This document shows, piece after piece, positions 1 to 9,531 of a stretch of 64,000 bases of DNA. Position 1 is the stretch's first letter; each line of letters begins with the position of its first letter. The translations under genes and the position numbers were made by a program. Under the pieces are notes generated by a model. That model did no database searches and was not told the DNA's origin. It was given only the letters and a program-made list of their open reading frames with translations. Location: NCBI GenBank assembly GCA_017623355.1, contig JAGAPG010000014.1, positions 6,272-70,271 on the forward strand. The letters run 5' to 3'. The stretch comes from Clostridia bacterium (GTDB taxonomy: Bacteria > Bacillota > Clostridia > Oscillospirales > CAG-272).

Positions 1-671
1 TCATACACTCCCCCCGTCGTAATAGAAAAAGTTTTCATATTAAGGGATGTGATTTTTTCATCTATAATTTCATAATCCTGAAGGAAATTAACATCTCCAA
101 AAAAATACACATTTTTATCTATAACAACGCTTGCTCCGCCTATAAATCCACAATTATATCCTGGTAGCGATATTCCGCCTCCCGATATCAAAAGTGCCTT
201 TTTCCCTACATTTTCTATAGCTTTTTTCAACGAAACATCAGCAGTTATAGCGTTATCATCATTTAACACAAGAGTTGCACAAGATGCATATCCTTGGTTT
301 ACATTAATAAATGAATATCCGTTTTTCTCCGCATATTTTAAAATTTCAGGAGCAACATGAGTTTTTTTGCCAAAAAGAGTTTTTCCCATTTTTAAAACAT
401 TTAAGGATATATCATTTGGATATTCTCTTTTACATTCCTTTTTTACTCTAACTATATCGTACCCTTCTTTTTTTATTTTATCAAAAAGCGATTCATTGTT
501 TAGATAATATTTATTATAACAAAAAACGGTTTTATCAATAACAAAAAACAGCATATCCGGATGCATATTTACAGGAGCATCCAAATCTTCAAACGGAGCT
601 ACTGAAATGGTAGGAATTTGAGTAGCCTTTTCAAATATATCACTTATGTTTTTACTTAAAATTATTTTCAT
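1..671 (-). CDS. conserved hypothetical protein (C-terminus cut by window edge)
   Basis: My own translation of the minus strand from the ATG at 671 gives MKIILSKNISDIFEKATQ...MHPDMLFF...GYNCGFIGGASVV. The frame stays open to position 1. It is absent from the ORF track because it runs off the window. Confidence 0.6.
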   Translation of the reverse strand, partial: MKIILSKNISDIFEKATQIPTISVAPFEDLDAPVNMHPDMLFFVIDKTVFCYNKYYLNNESLFDKIKKEGYDIVRVKKECKREYPNDISLNVLKMGKTLFGKKTHVAPEILKYAEKNGYSFINVNQGYASCATLVLNDDNAITADVSLKKAIENVGKKALLISGGGISLPGYNCGFIGGASVVIDKNVYFFGDVNFLQDYEIIDEKITSLNMKTFSITTGGVY

Positions 672-724
672 TGTTATTAAATGAAAAAAAGACCGCATTA
701 AACGATCTTTTAATTTCAAATTTT

Positions 725-913
725 TCAGATTGCACGAGTAACCTTACCGGAACGAAGGCAACGAGAGCAAACATCAACAGTTTTGTTAGAACCGTTCACT
801 ACAGCCTTTACTCTTCTGATATTGGGTTTCCATGTTCTGTTTGTCTTACGGTTGGAGTGAGATACATTGTGTCCGAATGTAACACCTTTTCCGCATATAG
901 CACATTTAGCCAT
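725..913 (-). CDS. rpmB: 50S ribosomal protein L28
   Basis: MAKCAICGKGVTFGHNVSHSNRKTNRTWKPNIRRVKAVV is a classic L28 sequence. I moved the start to the internal ATG (Met14 of the track ORF), which has GGAGGTG 7 nt upstream. Confidence 0.95.
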   Translation of the reverse strand: MAKCAICGKGVTFGHNVSHSNRKTNRTWKPNIRRVKAVVNGSNKTVDVCSRCLRSGKVTRAI

Positions 914-966
914 TTTTACACCTCCATTTAAGTAGAAAAAGTAACCTACCAAAATTCACGATTAGT

Positions 967-995
967 ATTATATCACAGTATTTTTTTAATTGCAA
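967..995 (-). promoter_or_regulatory. sigma-A type promoter for rpmB
   Basis: Read on the minus strand: TTGCAA, a 17-nt spacer, then TGaTATAAT (extended -10). It lies about 50 nt upstream of rpmB. Confidence 0.55.
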
Positions 996-1013
996 TAGTA
1001 ATTTTTAATTTTT

Positions 1014-2621
1014 TTAATTATTTTTATTTATTTTTGCTAAAATTCTCTCAAGAGATATACCGTACTTATCTGCGATATCGCGAGCGTAGCTTTTTCCGTC
1101 GGGTTTTTCGCGACTTATAACGAAGCTTCTCTGCCCGTTATCAATTCCTGCAACGAGAGTATCTATCATTGATCCGCCATCAGCAACGCACTTTTTGTTT
1201 ATTCCATCTATCATAGACGAAAGCTCGTGCAGGTGAGTGGAAAAAATTCCTCTGCAACCTACCATTGAAAATCCACACAGAACCTCAGATGCAATATAAG
1301 CCCCTTCAAACGATCCTGTAGATGATAACGATTCGTCAAGCAAAACCAAACTGTTTGACGTTACAACATCAAATATTTCATCAAGTCTTGCACATTCCTC
1401 GCCAAGCCTTCCTTTATCGATCGTATCCTCAGATCCTGTCGGAAAATGCGTAAATATAGCATCTACCGGGCTTATTTTCGCTGATTTTGCGGGCACAGGC
1501 AAGCCTAATTGAGCAAGAGCAAATGTAAGTCCTACAGCACACGTGATTACCGATTTCCCGCCTCTATTTGGACCGGAAAGAACATAAAATGTTCCCTCTT
1601 TATCAAAAATAAAATTGTTTTCAACCATTTTTTCATTAAGCTTAGATGCCACCACGGGATTATATATTCCTTGAACATCGAAGATTTTTTCATCCATAGG
1701 ATATATTTCCGGATATGTCAGATTGTTTCCGGAAGCTGTAAGAGTCTCAACAAGCTCAGTTCCTTTAACTATAAACTCAATTTCAGGCATCAATTTGATT
1801 AAAAAGTCTGCGTTTTCAAGTATATATGTTTGGACAACCTTTCTCCACGATTTCATAGAAGATTTGAAAACATGATTTAGAGCATTATTGAACGCATATG
1901 AAAGCGCTATTTGTTGGTTCTCCGACTGATTTTTCTTAAAAGGAACCAACGATGCAATACAAGTATATTCATCATTTTTAAAATCAAGACGCAATATCTT
2001 ATTAAGAAGCTCTCCTGACTTGAATTTCTCATTATTCACGCTAAGAACACCCGCAGTATCTGGACGAAGCTGAGAATCCAAATTTACACCTATAGTAACA
2101 CTCTTTACTTCTCTTACCCTCGAGGTCAATTCCTTAAGCTTATTGTTAAGATCCTTATAATAATCGCTTTCGGTAAGCTCGTTTATTCTTTCAGCAAGCG
2201 TTTGAAAAGCCTCACTCTTGAATCCATTTTTTATAGAACGAAGTCCATTATGGAGCATTTCAATAGCCGAAATATAAAGTTCAATCTCTGTTATACTGTA
2301 AAGATATCCGTCTCCGGAATCGGAATCGGATGAAATTCGTCTGATTTCAGTAATATCAGACAAGATTGGCTGAACCTCAAGTAATATATTTCCAAGCTCA
2401 GGATTATCAATCATATCCTCAAATACCTTTTGGCGATATTCTATTACTTCCTTATCATATGTAAAATAATCACACAAACGGCTGTTTCTAAGATCTATAA
2501 CAGTGTTTAACTCAATTTGATCAAGAACCTCTGAGGATATGTTAGGTAATATATCCTCTTGATCTTCTAATTTTGGAATTTTATTTTCAGGATATATTAA
2601 ACTAATATTTATTTTTTCCAT
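1014..2621 (-). CDS. MutS-family ATPase paralog (MutS domain V; no mismatch-recognition domain evident)
   Basis: Walker A is GPNRGGKS, followed by LVLLDESLSSTGSFEG and STHLHEL, which together are MutS domain V motifs. Start set at MEKINISL, which has AAGAGG 8 nt upstream. Confidence 0.8.
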   Translation of the reverse strand: MEKINISLIYPENKIPKLEDQEDILPNISSEVLDQIELNTVIDLRNSRLCDYFTYDKEVIEYRQKVFEDMIDNPELGNILLEVQPILSDITEIRRISSDSDSGDGYLYSITEIELYISAIEMLHNGLRSIKNGFKSEAFQTLAERINELTESDYYKDLNNKLKELTSRVREVKSVTIGVNLDSQLRPDTAGVLSVNNEKFKSGELLNKILRLDFKNDEYTCIASLVPFKKNQSENQQIALSYAFNNALNHVFKSSMKSWRKVVQTYILENADFLIKLMPEIEFIVKGTELVETLTASGNNLTYPEIYPMDEKIFDVQGIYNPVVASKLNEKMVENNFIFDKEGTFYVLSGPNRGGKSVITCAVGLTFALAQLGLPVPAKSAKISPVDAIFTHFPTGSEDTIDKGRLGEECARLDEIFDVVTSNSLVLLDESLSSTGSFEGAYIASEVLCGFSMVGCRGIFSTHLHELSSMIDGINKKCVADGGSMIDTLVAGIDNGQRSFVISREKPDGKSYARDIADKYGISLERILAKINKNN

Positions 2622-2720
2622 AAAACAACCTCTTTTATCGTTCATATACATAATATGATATCATATTTTGATAATTTTGAAAAGACCTTTTAAAAAAATA
2701 TTCCAATTTCAATTGTTTCA

Positions 2721-3887
2721 TCACTGCAAATCCACTATTTCGCCGTCATCAAATCCATCTATTTGCATATTTTCTTCTTTGGATATTTGAAATTTAGCAG
2801 ATTTTTTAGCGTTTTGCTTATCTCCGAAATATTTTTCACTAATCAATTTTTTAAATCCGTTCCATATTGTCTTTTTATCTTCCGTATCGGATTTTAAAAT
2901 ATTCAATATGAATTTAAATTTATCCGATGTTATATCACTCAATGCAGTAACATTAGAATTGGTCATTACTTTATGCAAGGTTTCTATAATATCCACTACC
3001 TCATCCTTACTCATTTTAGAAACCCATTTTTTCAATAATATATGAAACTCGTCGCTTTGCGCTGTAAATTCAGGAGCGTATACAAAATCAGACGCCATAA
3101 CAGACCAAGAAAAAGCATCGTGCTGCATAATTCCTTTATTTACGCTGTTTACAATTTCATAACGGCCAACTATATCGAATATTCTTCCTATAATAGAGCT
3201 TTCCGGCAAAATATTAATAATTTTATCAATTGTATTCGTATCGCTATGAGAAATAAAATTATCCTTGAATCCGGGACCGTCAAAATTATATATTTTCACC
3301 GTTCTCTTTTTTACGGAGCTTGATGCGTTTATAGATGAATACACAGCCAAATTTCCGCCCTTTGAATGTCCGCCGACTATTATAGGACCCTTGATTTTTT
3401 TATGCATTTTTTCGAGATAATCAAGAGCCTCCTTTTGAGCAGGAATTGGCGTATATATCGCCATATTAAAATCTTCCTTCCAACCAACTATGGAATCGTC
3501 AGTGCCTCTGTATGCTACATACGTCGTTCCATCATCAATCGTAAAGCAAACAGCCGAAAACTGCTTTTCCTGCGAAAGATCCACATCGTTTACATATCCC
3601 CACATCTTAACATCCGCAAAACGGTTAGTTCTGCCGGCATGCTTAAAAAGACCTATTATTTGATCAGGTATGATAGCACCTACAGAAATACCGTCTTTAT
3701 GTATATTAAAAAATTTATGTACTGCATCTACCAACATTATATATTTTCCGTCATCTAATGACGGAACTACGCCTTCAAGCGGTAAATATGCAAGCTCAGA
3801 AAAAATAAGACAGTCTATGTCATTGATCCCGATCTGTGAAAATGTGATATCCGATCTCCATTTCATATAATCAATAATATTTGACAC
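2721..3887 (-). CDS. DUF2974/Mbeg1-like alpha/beta hydrolase (lipase-like)
   Basis: Nucleophile elbow GGHSKGGNLAVY. The N-terminus (IIDYMKWRSDITF...FSELAYL) is typical of the Mbeg1-like family. GTG start with AGGTGA upstream. Confidence 0.7.
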   Translation of the reverse strand: MSNIIDYMKWRSDITFSQIGINDIDCLIFSELAYLPLEGVVPSLDDGKYIMLVDAVHKFFNIHKDGISVGAIIPDQIIGLFKHAGRTNRFADVKMWGYVNDVDLSQEKQFSAVCFTIDDGTTYVAYRGTDDSIVGWKEDFNMAIYTPIPAQKEALDYLEKMHKKIKGPIIVGGHSKGGNLAVYSSINASSSVKKRTVKIYNFDGPGFKDNFISHSDTNTIDKIINILPESSIIGRIFDIVGRYEIVNSVNKGIMQHDAFSWSVMASDFVYAPEFTAQSDEFHILLKKWVSKMSKDEVVDIIETLHKVMTNSNVTALSDITSDKFKFILNILKSDTEDKKTIWNGFKKLISEKYFGDKQNAKKSAKFQISKEENMQIDGFDDGEIVDLQ

Positions 3888-3947
3888 AATATCACCTCTT
3901 TATAACATTTTAGCATAAATGCAAAGAAAATACAACTCTATATAGAT

Positions 3948-3980
3948 AAAAATGGGTTTAGCAAACAAACCCATTTTTAT
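3948..3980 (-). terminator. rho-independent terminator downstream of araB
   Basis: Stem atgggttt/aaacccat with a 7-nt loop, followed by a T-run on the minus strand. Confidence 0.7.
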
Positions 3981-4003
3981 TTTATTCATATAAAATTTTT
4001 TTG

Positions 4004-5680
4004 TTATATGCTTTTAGCCTGAGCTCTAATTGCACGAAGTCTTTTCATAACGTCATTTTCTCCGCGTCCGAAATAGTCGTGAAGTATATCGTATTCTTTG
4101 TATAGCTTATCATAAATTTCTACATTTTCCTTAATTGGATGATATACAACATCGGAAACCTTGCCCATAACCTTAGCTGCCTCGGCTACAGAATCATAGC
4201 CTCCAGCCGCCTTGCCTGCGCATGCAGCTCCAAATATAGCACTTCCAAGAGCCGGAGCTTGCTTTGATGCGCTTATCTTTATATCCATTCCGATCACATC
4301 AGCATATATCTGCATAGTAAAAGGGTCTTTTTGAGATATTCCACCGGCAGCATAAAATTCATCAACTGCTACACCGTTTTTGCGGAATGTTTCTATTATC
4401 TTTCTCGTACCAAATGCTGTTGCCTCGATAAGAGCTCTAAACATCTCCTCGGGCTTGGTAAGAAGGCTCATACCAACAAAAATTCCGGAAAGATCAACAT
4501 CAACAAGAACGCTTCTGTTACCGTTCCACCAATCAAGCGCCAAAATTCCACTTTCTCCAACCTTCAACGCCTGCGCCTTTTCGACCATAAGCTTCATAAC
4601 AGAAATTCCACGTTTATCTGCTTCTTGCTTATATTCGTAAGGAACATAATTATCAACAAACCAAGCGAAATGATCTCCAACACAACTTTGACCGGCTTCA
4701 AATCCAAAATATCCAGGCAAGATACCGTCAGCCACAACTCCACACATACCCGGAACCACCTTCTCTTCAGTTCCCATAAGCATATGGCAAGTAGAAGTGC
4801 CCATTATAGCAAGCATTTTATTTGGAGCATCAATTCCAAGAGCAGGTACAGTAACATGCGCGTCAACATTAGCAACAGCAACAGCTGTTCCTACCTTAAG
4901 TCCAGTAAGTTTAGCTGCTTCCTCTGTAATCTCTCCTGCCTTAGCACCGAGAGGAGTTATTGGACAATTCAACTTTTCCTCTACAACATTTTCAAGTCTG
5001 GGATCAAGAGCCTTAAAGAATTCCTTTGAAGGATATCCGCAAGCCTTATTATACATAGCCTTATAACCGGCTGTACAAGAGTTTCTTGTTTGTTTACCGC
5101 AAAGCTGCCAAATAACCCAGTCAGCAGCCTCAATAAAGAAATCGGCAGCATCGTAAACCTCAGGAGCCTCCTCGAGGGTTTGCCAAATCTTCGGGAAAGC
5201 CCATTCGCTCGATATTTTACCACCGTAATTATCAATCCACTTCTCGCCCATATTTTTTGCAATCTCATTAAGCTTATTGGCATGCTTTTGAGCAGCATGA
5301 TGCTTCCAAAGCTTTATGTATGCGTGTTTATTATTAATAAATTTTTCGTCAAAGCAAAGAGGAGTGCCATCCTTATAAACAGGAAGTAAGGTGCACGCGG
5401 TAAAATCGATACCTATACCTATAACATCTTCGTTTGATACTCCAGAATCCTTAAGAACGTTTGGAATCGTATAACCCAAAACCTCAAGATAATCCTTTGG
5501 ATGCTCCAAAGCCCAGTCGGGTGGAAGCTTGGTAACTCCATCGGGTAAAAATTCATCCATAACTGCGTGCTTATATTCAAGAGTAGATGTAGCTATTTCT
5601 TCTCCGTTTGAAACATCTACTAAAACGGCTCTTCCGGAAAGAGTACCGAAATCTACGCCGATAGCATATTTTTTTGACAT
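4004..5680 (-). CDS. araB: L-ribulokinase
   Basis: The sequence is collinear, as I recall it, with Bacillus-type AraB: [65 protein letters not shown]. Start set at MSKKY, which has GGAGG 5 nt upstream. Confidence 0.92.
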   Translation of the reverse strand: MSKKYAIGVDFGTLSGRAVLVDVSNGEEIATSTLEYKHAVMDEFLPDGVTKLPPDWALEHPKDYLEVLGYTIPNVLKDSGVSNEDVIGIGIDFTACTLLPVYKDGTPLCFDEKFINNKHAYIKLWKHHAAQKHANKLNEIAKNMGEKWIDNYGGKISSEWAFPKIWQTLEEAPEVYDAADFFIEAADWVIWQLCGKQTRNSCTAGYKAMYNKACGYPSKEFFKALDPRLENVVEEKLNCPITPLGAKAGEITEEAAKLTGLKVGTAVAVANVDAHVTVPALGIDAPNKMLAIMGTSTCHMLMGTEEKVVPGMCGVVADGILPGYFGFEAGQSCVGDHFAWFVDNYVPYEYKQEADKRGISVMKLMVEKAQALKVGESGILALDWWNGNRSVLVDVDLSGIFVGMSLLTKPEEMFRALIEATAFGTRKIIETFRKNGVAVDEFYAAGGISQKDPFTMQIYADVIGMDIKISASKQAPALGSAIFGAACAGKAAGGYDSVAEAAKVMGKVSDVVYHPIKENVEIYDKLYKEYDILHDYFGRGENDVMKRLRAIRAQAKSI

Positions 5681-5901
5681 AACTGCCTCCATTTGTTTTT
5701 TATTTAAATTTACATAAATATTATACAGTTTTTTTCTGTTAAAGTCAACCCTAAAAGCATTATGCTCGATAAAATGTTTTATTTTTTGTTTTTATCTGTT
5801 ATTTTTGTCTTATAATTAGATTATAAATGTTTTCAAAAGTAAAAATAGCCAAATTTAATCACTTTTTTTATAAAATAATAATAAAAATAAACAAATATCA
5901 A

Positions 5902-5930
5902 TTGACATAATAATATTTTTATGATAGAAT
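5902..5930 (+). promoter_or_regulatory. sigma-A type promoter for the VTC/DUF4956 operon
   Basis: TTGACA (5902-5907), a 17-nt spacer, then TGaTAGAAT (extended -10, 5922-5930). Confidence 0.55.
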
Positions 5931-5954
5931 ATAGGATTGTAAGGGGGGAGTTAT

Positions 5955-6659
5955 TTGGCTTTCAAAAAGAACTTTAAAAGACTCGAAAAAAAGTTTATTC
6001 TTACAGAAGAACAATATCTTGCTGTAAAAAACGCTTTTGATCTTGTCTTTGTCCCTGATGAATATGGTGAAACTACAATATGTAATCTATATTATGATAC
6101 GGAAGACTATCTTTTGATACGTCGTTCTATATCAAAACCGATTTATAAAGAAAAGCTACGCTTACGTACCTACGGAATACCGACAAATGATTCTGTTTCT
6201 TTTATAGAATTAAAAAAGAAATATGAGGGCACAGTATATAAACGAAGGACAGAGATGAAATATTCTGATTCTATTAATTTTTTATCTAATAAATTAGAAA
6301 TAGAAAATCCTTCTCAGATCATAAAAGAATTAAAATTCTGCACAGAAAGATATAAAGGAATCTCTCCTAAATTTTATATTTCTTATGACAGATCAGCTTT
6401 CTTTCATAAGGATAACGGCGATTTTCGCGTAACCTTTGATAAAAATCTTACTTGGCGTACGTACGATCTTGATTTAACTAAAGGCGTTTACGGACACAGT
6501 TTACTCCCTTGTGGACATGTTTTAATGGAGATCAAGGTTCCCGGCAATCTTCCGCTTTGGATCGTAAGACTTTTTTCTGATTTAAAAATAAAAAGTACAT
6601 CCTTCTCTAAGGTTGGAACCGCTTATACACATATGATAAAACAGATTGGAGATATATAA
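5955..6659 (+). CDS. VTC-domain (polyphosphate-polymerase-like, CYTH/triphosphate-tunnel fold) protein
   Basis: Size (234 aa) and the pattern LEKKFIL...YDTEDYLL...KEKLRLRTY...ELKKKYEGTVYKRR...MEIKV match bacterial VTC-domain proteins. TTG start with a GGGGGGAG SD. Confidence 0.7.
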   Translation: MAFKKNFKRLEKKFILTEEQYLAVKNAFDLVFVPDEYGETTICNLYYDTEDYLLIRRSISKPIYKEKLRLRTYGIPTNDSVSFIELKKKYEGTVYKRRTEMKYSDSINFLSNKLEIENPSQIIKELKFCTERYKGISPKFYISYDRSAFFHKDNGDFRVTFDKNLTWRTYDLDLTKGVYGHSLLPCGHVLMEIKVPGNLPLWIVRLFSDLKIKSTSFSKVGTAYTHMIKQIGDI

Positions 6660-6660
6660 T

Positions 6661-7383
6661 ATGAAATTAGAAATATATCAAAGCATATTCGAAGCCAGTC
6701 GAATTGCTGAGGTTGCTGAAGAAGGTTCAGGTCTTTCAAATACCACGATGTTCTTTATTTGCCTCTTGTCCTCACTTTTGGTTGGATTTTTAATTGCCTT
6801 CTGCTACACATTTAGAAATGAATTTTCAAGAAACCTTGTTATTGCAATAGCTCTTTTGCCCGCGATAGTATGTGTTCTTATAATGCTCATCACAGGATCT
6901 AACGATGTTGTTGGAACAGGATTTGCCGTTGGTGGAATTTTTGCTTTAACAAGATTCCGTTCTGCTCAAGGCTCTGCTAAAGATATAACTCATATCTTTT
7001 TGGCAATGGCTGTGGGATTAACTCTCGGTCTTGGATACATTTACATTGCATTTATTCTTGCTGCATTGGTTGAAGGTGTTAACTTTATTTTCACTATCAC
7101 AAAATTCGGTGAAGCAAGCTCAAAAAAGCGCACTCTTAAGGTTACAATTCCTGAAGACCTCGATTATTCCGATATTTTTGATGACATTTTCGAAAAATAT
7201 ACTACCGAGCACGAGCTTACTAAAGTAAAGCTTAAAAATCTCGGCACAATGTTCAATCTTACATATTCGATAATGTTAAAGGATTCTAAAAAAGAAAAGG
7301 AATTCCTTGATGAAATAAGAGTCAGAAACGGAAATCTTGATATTATCTGCTCAAAGGTACAAACAACTCGCGAAGAATTATAA
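6661..7383 (+). CDS. DUF4956-family membrane protein
   Basis: Four to five N-terminal TM helices, then a soluble C-terminal domain (TLKVTIPEDLDY...NLTYSI). The ATG lies 1 nt after the VTC stop, with GGAG 9 nt upstream. DUF4956 is the usual partner of VTC-domain genes. Confidence 0.7.
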   Translation: MKLEIYQSIFEASRIAEVAEEGSGLSNTTMFFICLLSSLLVGFLIAFCYTFRNEFSRNLVIAIALLPAIVCVLIMLITGSNDVVGTGFAVGGIFALTRFRSAQGSAKDITHIFLAMAVGLTLGLGYIYIAFILAALVEGVNFIFTITKFGEASSKKRTLKVTIPEDLDYSDIFDDIFEKYTTEHELTKVKLKNLGTMFNLTYSIMLKDSKKEKEFLDEIRVRNGNLDIICSKVQTTREEL

Positions 7384-7384
7384 A

Positions 7385-7413
7385 AATAAGGCTCGATAAC
7401 GAGCCTTATTTTT
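7385..7413. terminator. bidirectional terminator between convergent genes
   Basis: Stem aaggctcg/cgagcctt with a 4-nt loop, and A/T runs on both sides. Confidence 0.75.
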
Positions 7414-9327
7414 TCACTCTATTATTATAAGCTTGTGAAGCTGCATCTTAGGAATATCAAAAGACAGAATTCCATTTTCACAAACAAACGGGATATTTTC
7501 GCCATCAGGCTCGCTTTTTACGGATTTGATATTTTGATCAAGCTTTATCTTAACCTTAACATTGCTAAGCACAGGAAAATCCTCAAGCAAGCATACATTG
7601 CCTCTGTTAACGGGTGGAGCATATAAAAGGTGCAATGCATAAAATCCCTTTTCTTCGCTCTTTCTGAATCTTACTCTGCCGCAGGAAGGAAGATTTTCTA
7701 TTTCTATCTGCTTTGAATATATTTTTTCAAAGCCCTTCTTAATATATCTTTCAAGCGCATAGCTTCCCGATTTATTATAAGCCTCGAAAACCGGATGAGC
7801 AAAATACAATACATTTCCTTTTTTAACGAGGGCAGGATATTCCTCACTTTGGAGCTTGAATGGAGTGTTTTTATGACCGCAAAAATGCTCATAAGTACGA
7901 TTAAAATAGGGGGCATGTACCTTAGCAAGCACCTCTCCTTCACTTTCTGTGACATAAGCGCTTGAATATGAAAGGAACGGAGTTTTAATTTCATCTATCT
8001 CGCAAGAAATAAAGTCCTCATCAGAACCCGAATGCTTGATCATTTTTATTCCGAGTTCATCAAAAATACTCTCAGCACTGGTGATTATTTTTCCGCCATT
8101 TGCTGTAAATTCACAAAGACGCTTTTTATCATCATCACTAAATTTAACTCTGTCAGGCAATACTACACAGCTATATTTAGAAATATCATCTCCAACTTCA
8201 ACGATATCGTATTCAAGCTGCATTATTTGAAGTATCTTTGAACAACCGATATCTGAATCAGAGTGGCTCATCCAAAGAGCGATATCGGTATAGGCTTTTG
8301 TATTTTCCGAATATTTCTCAATTTTATCTGCATAATCAAAAGCATAACCCATAACAGAATATGTACTTTCGTCAAGCTTTCCGCACGGATGAAGCTGGTC
8401 ACCCACAGACATAGATGCGCCAATACTTATCATATCAGCACATTCATATTTAAGGGCATCTTTATTTTTAAATCCGCCAAATTCGCCCCATGAATGATGG
8501 AACTTTCCTGTCATTCCCCAAAATATTTTCCCGTATTTTTCAAAATATTTAGCGCGTATCGGCATAAGATCATATCCGCCCCAAGCGGTAGGAAGATCCT
8601 CTAACTCATAGTGAGTTTGATAAGGATGATACTCAGGTCTGTTCATATCAGCTCCGCCGTTATAAAAAACCGGAGCATCTTTTTTATATTCATGAACAAT
8701 ACCAGTAAGATCCTTCATAAGCTCAATACGCTTTATGCGGAAATATTTTCTCGCATCATCAAAATTTTCAGGATCAAGACCCATGTCCTTCATTCCCGCT
8801 TTGCAGCTATCGCAAACACAAGCGTCTTTTATGAAGCAAATATCATAAAAAACTCCGTCACTTACATCGAATTGCTCGCAAACCTCTCTTGTGATGTCTT
8901 CAAGATATTTTTTATATCCACCAACAGGGCAAAGCGTTGTCCATGTGCATCCCCGCAAAGGAACGTCGGTATAAGGCGGTTTAGATCCAAAATATACAGG
9001 CTGTTTTGTAAAGAAATCTATATGATGCCATTCGGGATGCTGATCAGCATCAAGCTTGCTCCATCCCATTGTTATATATATAGGAGCTTTCGCACCTGCT
9101 GCATGGATAGCATCGATCTCCTCTTGCAAAAGATTGAATTTCAAATTAGGATGTACTGTTCCCAATTTTGTCGGATAATACGAATATCCGTGATGACATT
9201 TTGCAAAAACAGTCATAAGGTCCACTTTTGCGTCCTTTACTGTTTTGGTGAATTCTTCTTTATTAAAATCAACGCCGATATTTTCGATATCAGGGCTTGT
9301 ATGAAAATCAAGATGTACGCACTTCAT
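7414..9327 (-). CDS. putative glycoside hydrolase (GHL6-like N-domain plus beta-galactosidase-trimerisation-like middle domain)
   Basis: The N-terminus KCVHLDFHTSPDIENIG...FAKCHHGYSYYPT...HPEW resembles the 'hypothetical glycosyl hydrolase 6' family. Strong GGAGG SD. The family call is from memory only. Confidence 0.6.
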   Translation of the reverse strand: MKCVHLDFHTSPDIENIGVDFNKEEFTKTVKDAKVDLMTVFAKCHHGYSYYPTKLGTVHPNLKFNLLQEEIDAIHAAGAKAPIYITMGWSKLDADQHPEWHHIDFFTKQPVYFGSKPPYTDVPLRGCTWTTLCPVGGYKKYLEDITREVCEQFDVSDGVFYDICFIKDACVCDSCKAGMKDMGLDPENFDDARKYFRIKRIELMKDLTGIVHEYKKDAPVFYNGGADMNRPEYHPYQTHYELEDLPTAWGGYDLMPIRAKYFEKYGKIFWGMTGKFHHSWGEFGGFKNKDALKYECADMISIGASMSVGDQLHPCGKLDESTYSVMGYAFDYADKIEKYSENTKAYTDIALWMSHSDSDIGCSKILQIMQLEYDIVEVGDDISKYSCVVLPDRVKFSDDDKKRLCEFTANGGKIITSAESIFDELGIKMIKHSGSDEDFISCEIDEIKTPFLSYSSAYVTESEGEVLAKVHAPYFNRTYEHFCGHKNTPFKLQSEEYPALVKKGNVLYFAHPVFEAYNKSGSYALERYIKKGFEKIYSKQIEIENLPSCGRVRFRKSEEKGFYALHLLYAPPVNRGNVCLLEDFPVLSNVKVKIKLDQNIKSVKSEPDGENIPFVCENGILSFDIPKMQLHKLIIIE

Positions 9328-9531
9328 AATAATTCCTCCGAAAAATTTACTTTAAATTAATTTTAACATATAATTTCTCCTTTTTCAATATTCATTTAAA
9401 AAACTATTTTTATTTTCTTTTATAATATAGAAACAGGCGAAAAGCAAAACAAATATGGGCCAAATTCAAAATTCGCCTGTTTTTTACTGTTTATCAGTTA
9501 CCGGTTCTCTATCTATTGCAATATTTTAAAT

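Noticed and set aside
4331-5029. Long antisense or alternative-frame ORFs inside genuine genes. Examples are 4331..5029, 8611..9360, 14425..14946, 26023..26430, 27396..27938, 40041..40463, 43428..43772, 55471..55983 and 62925..63431.
   Set aside because: Each one lies wholly within a well-supported CDS on the opposite strand or in another frame. They have low-complexity or odd composition and no SD, and they show no recognisable motifs.
5715-5740. An AraR-like operator near araB (atttacataaat).
   Set aside because: It is only a short, imperfect AT-rich dyad and does not match the ATTTGTACGTACAAAT-type box. In AT-rich DNA this is likely chance.
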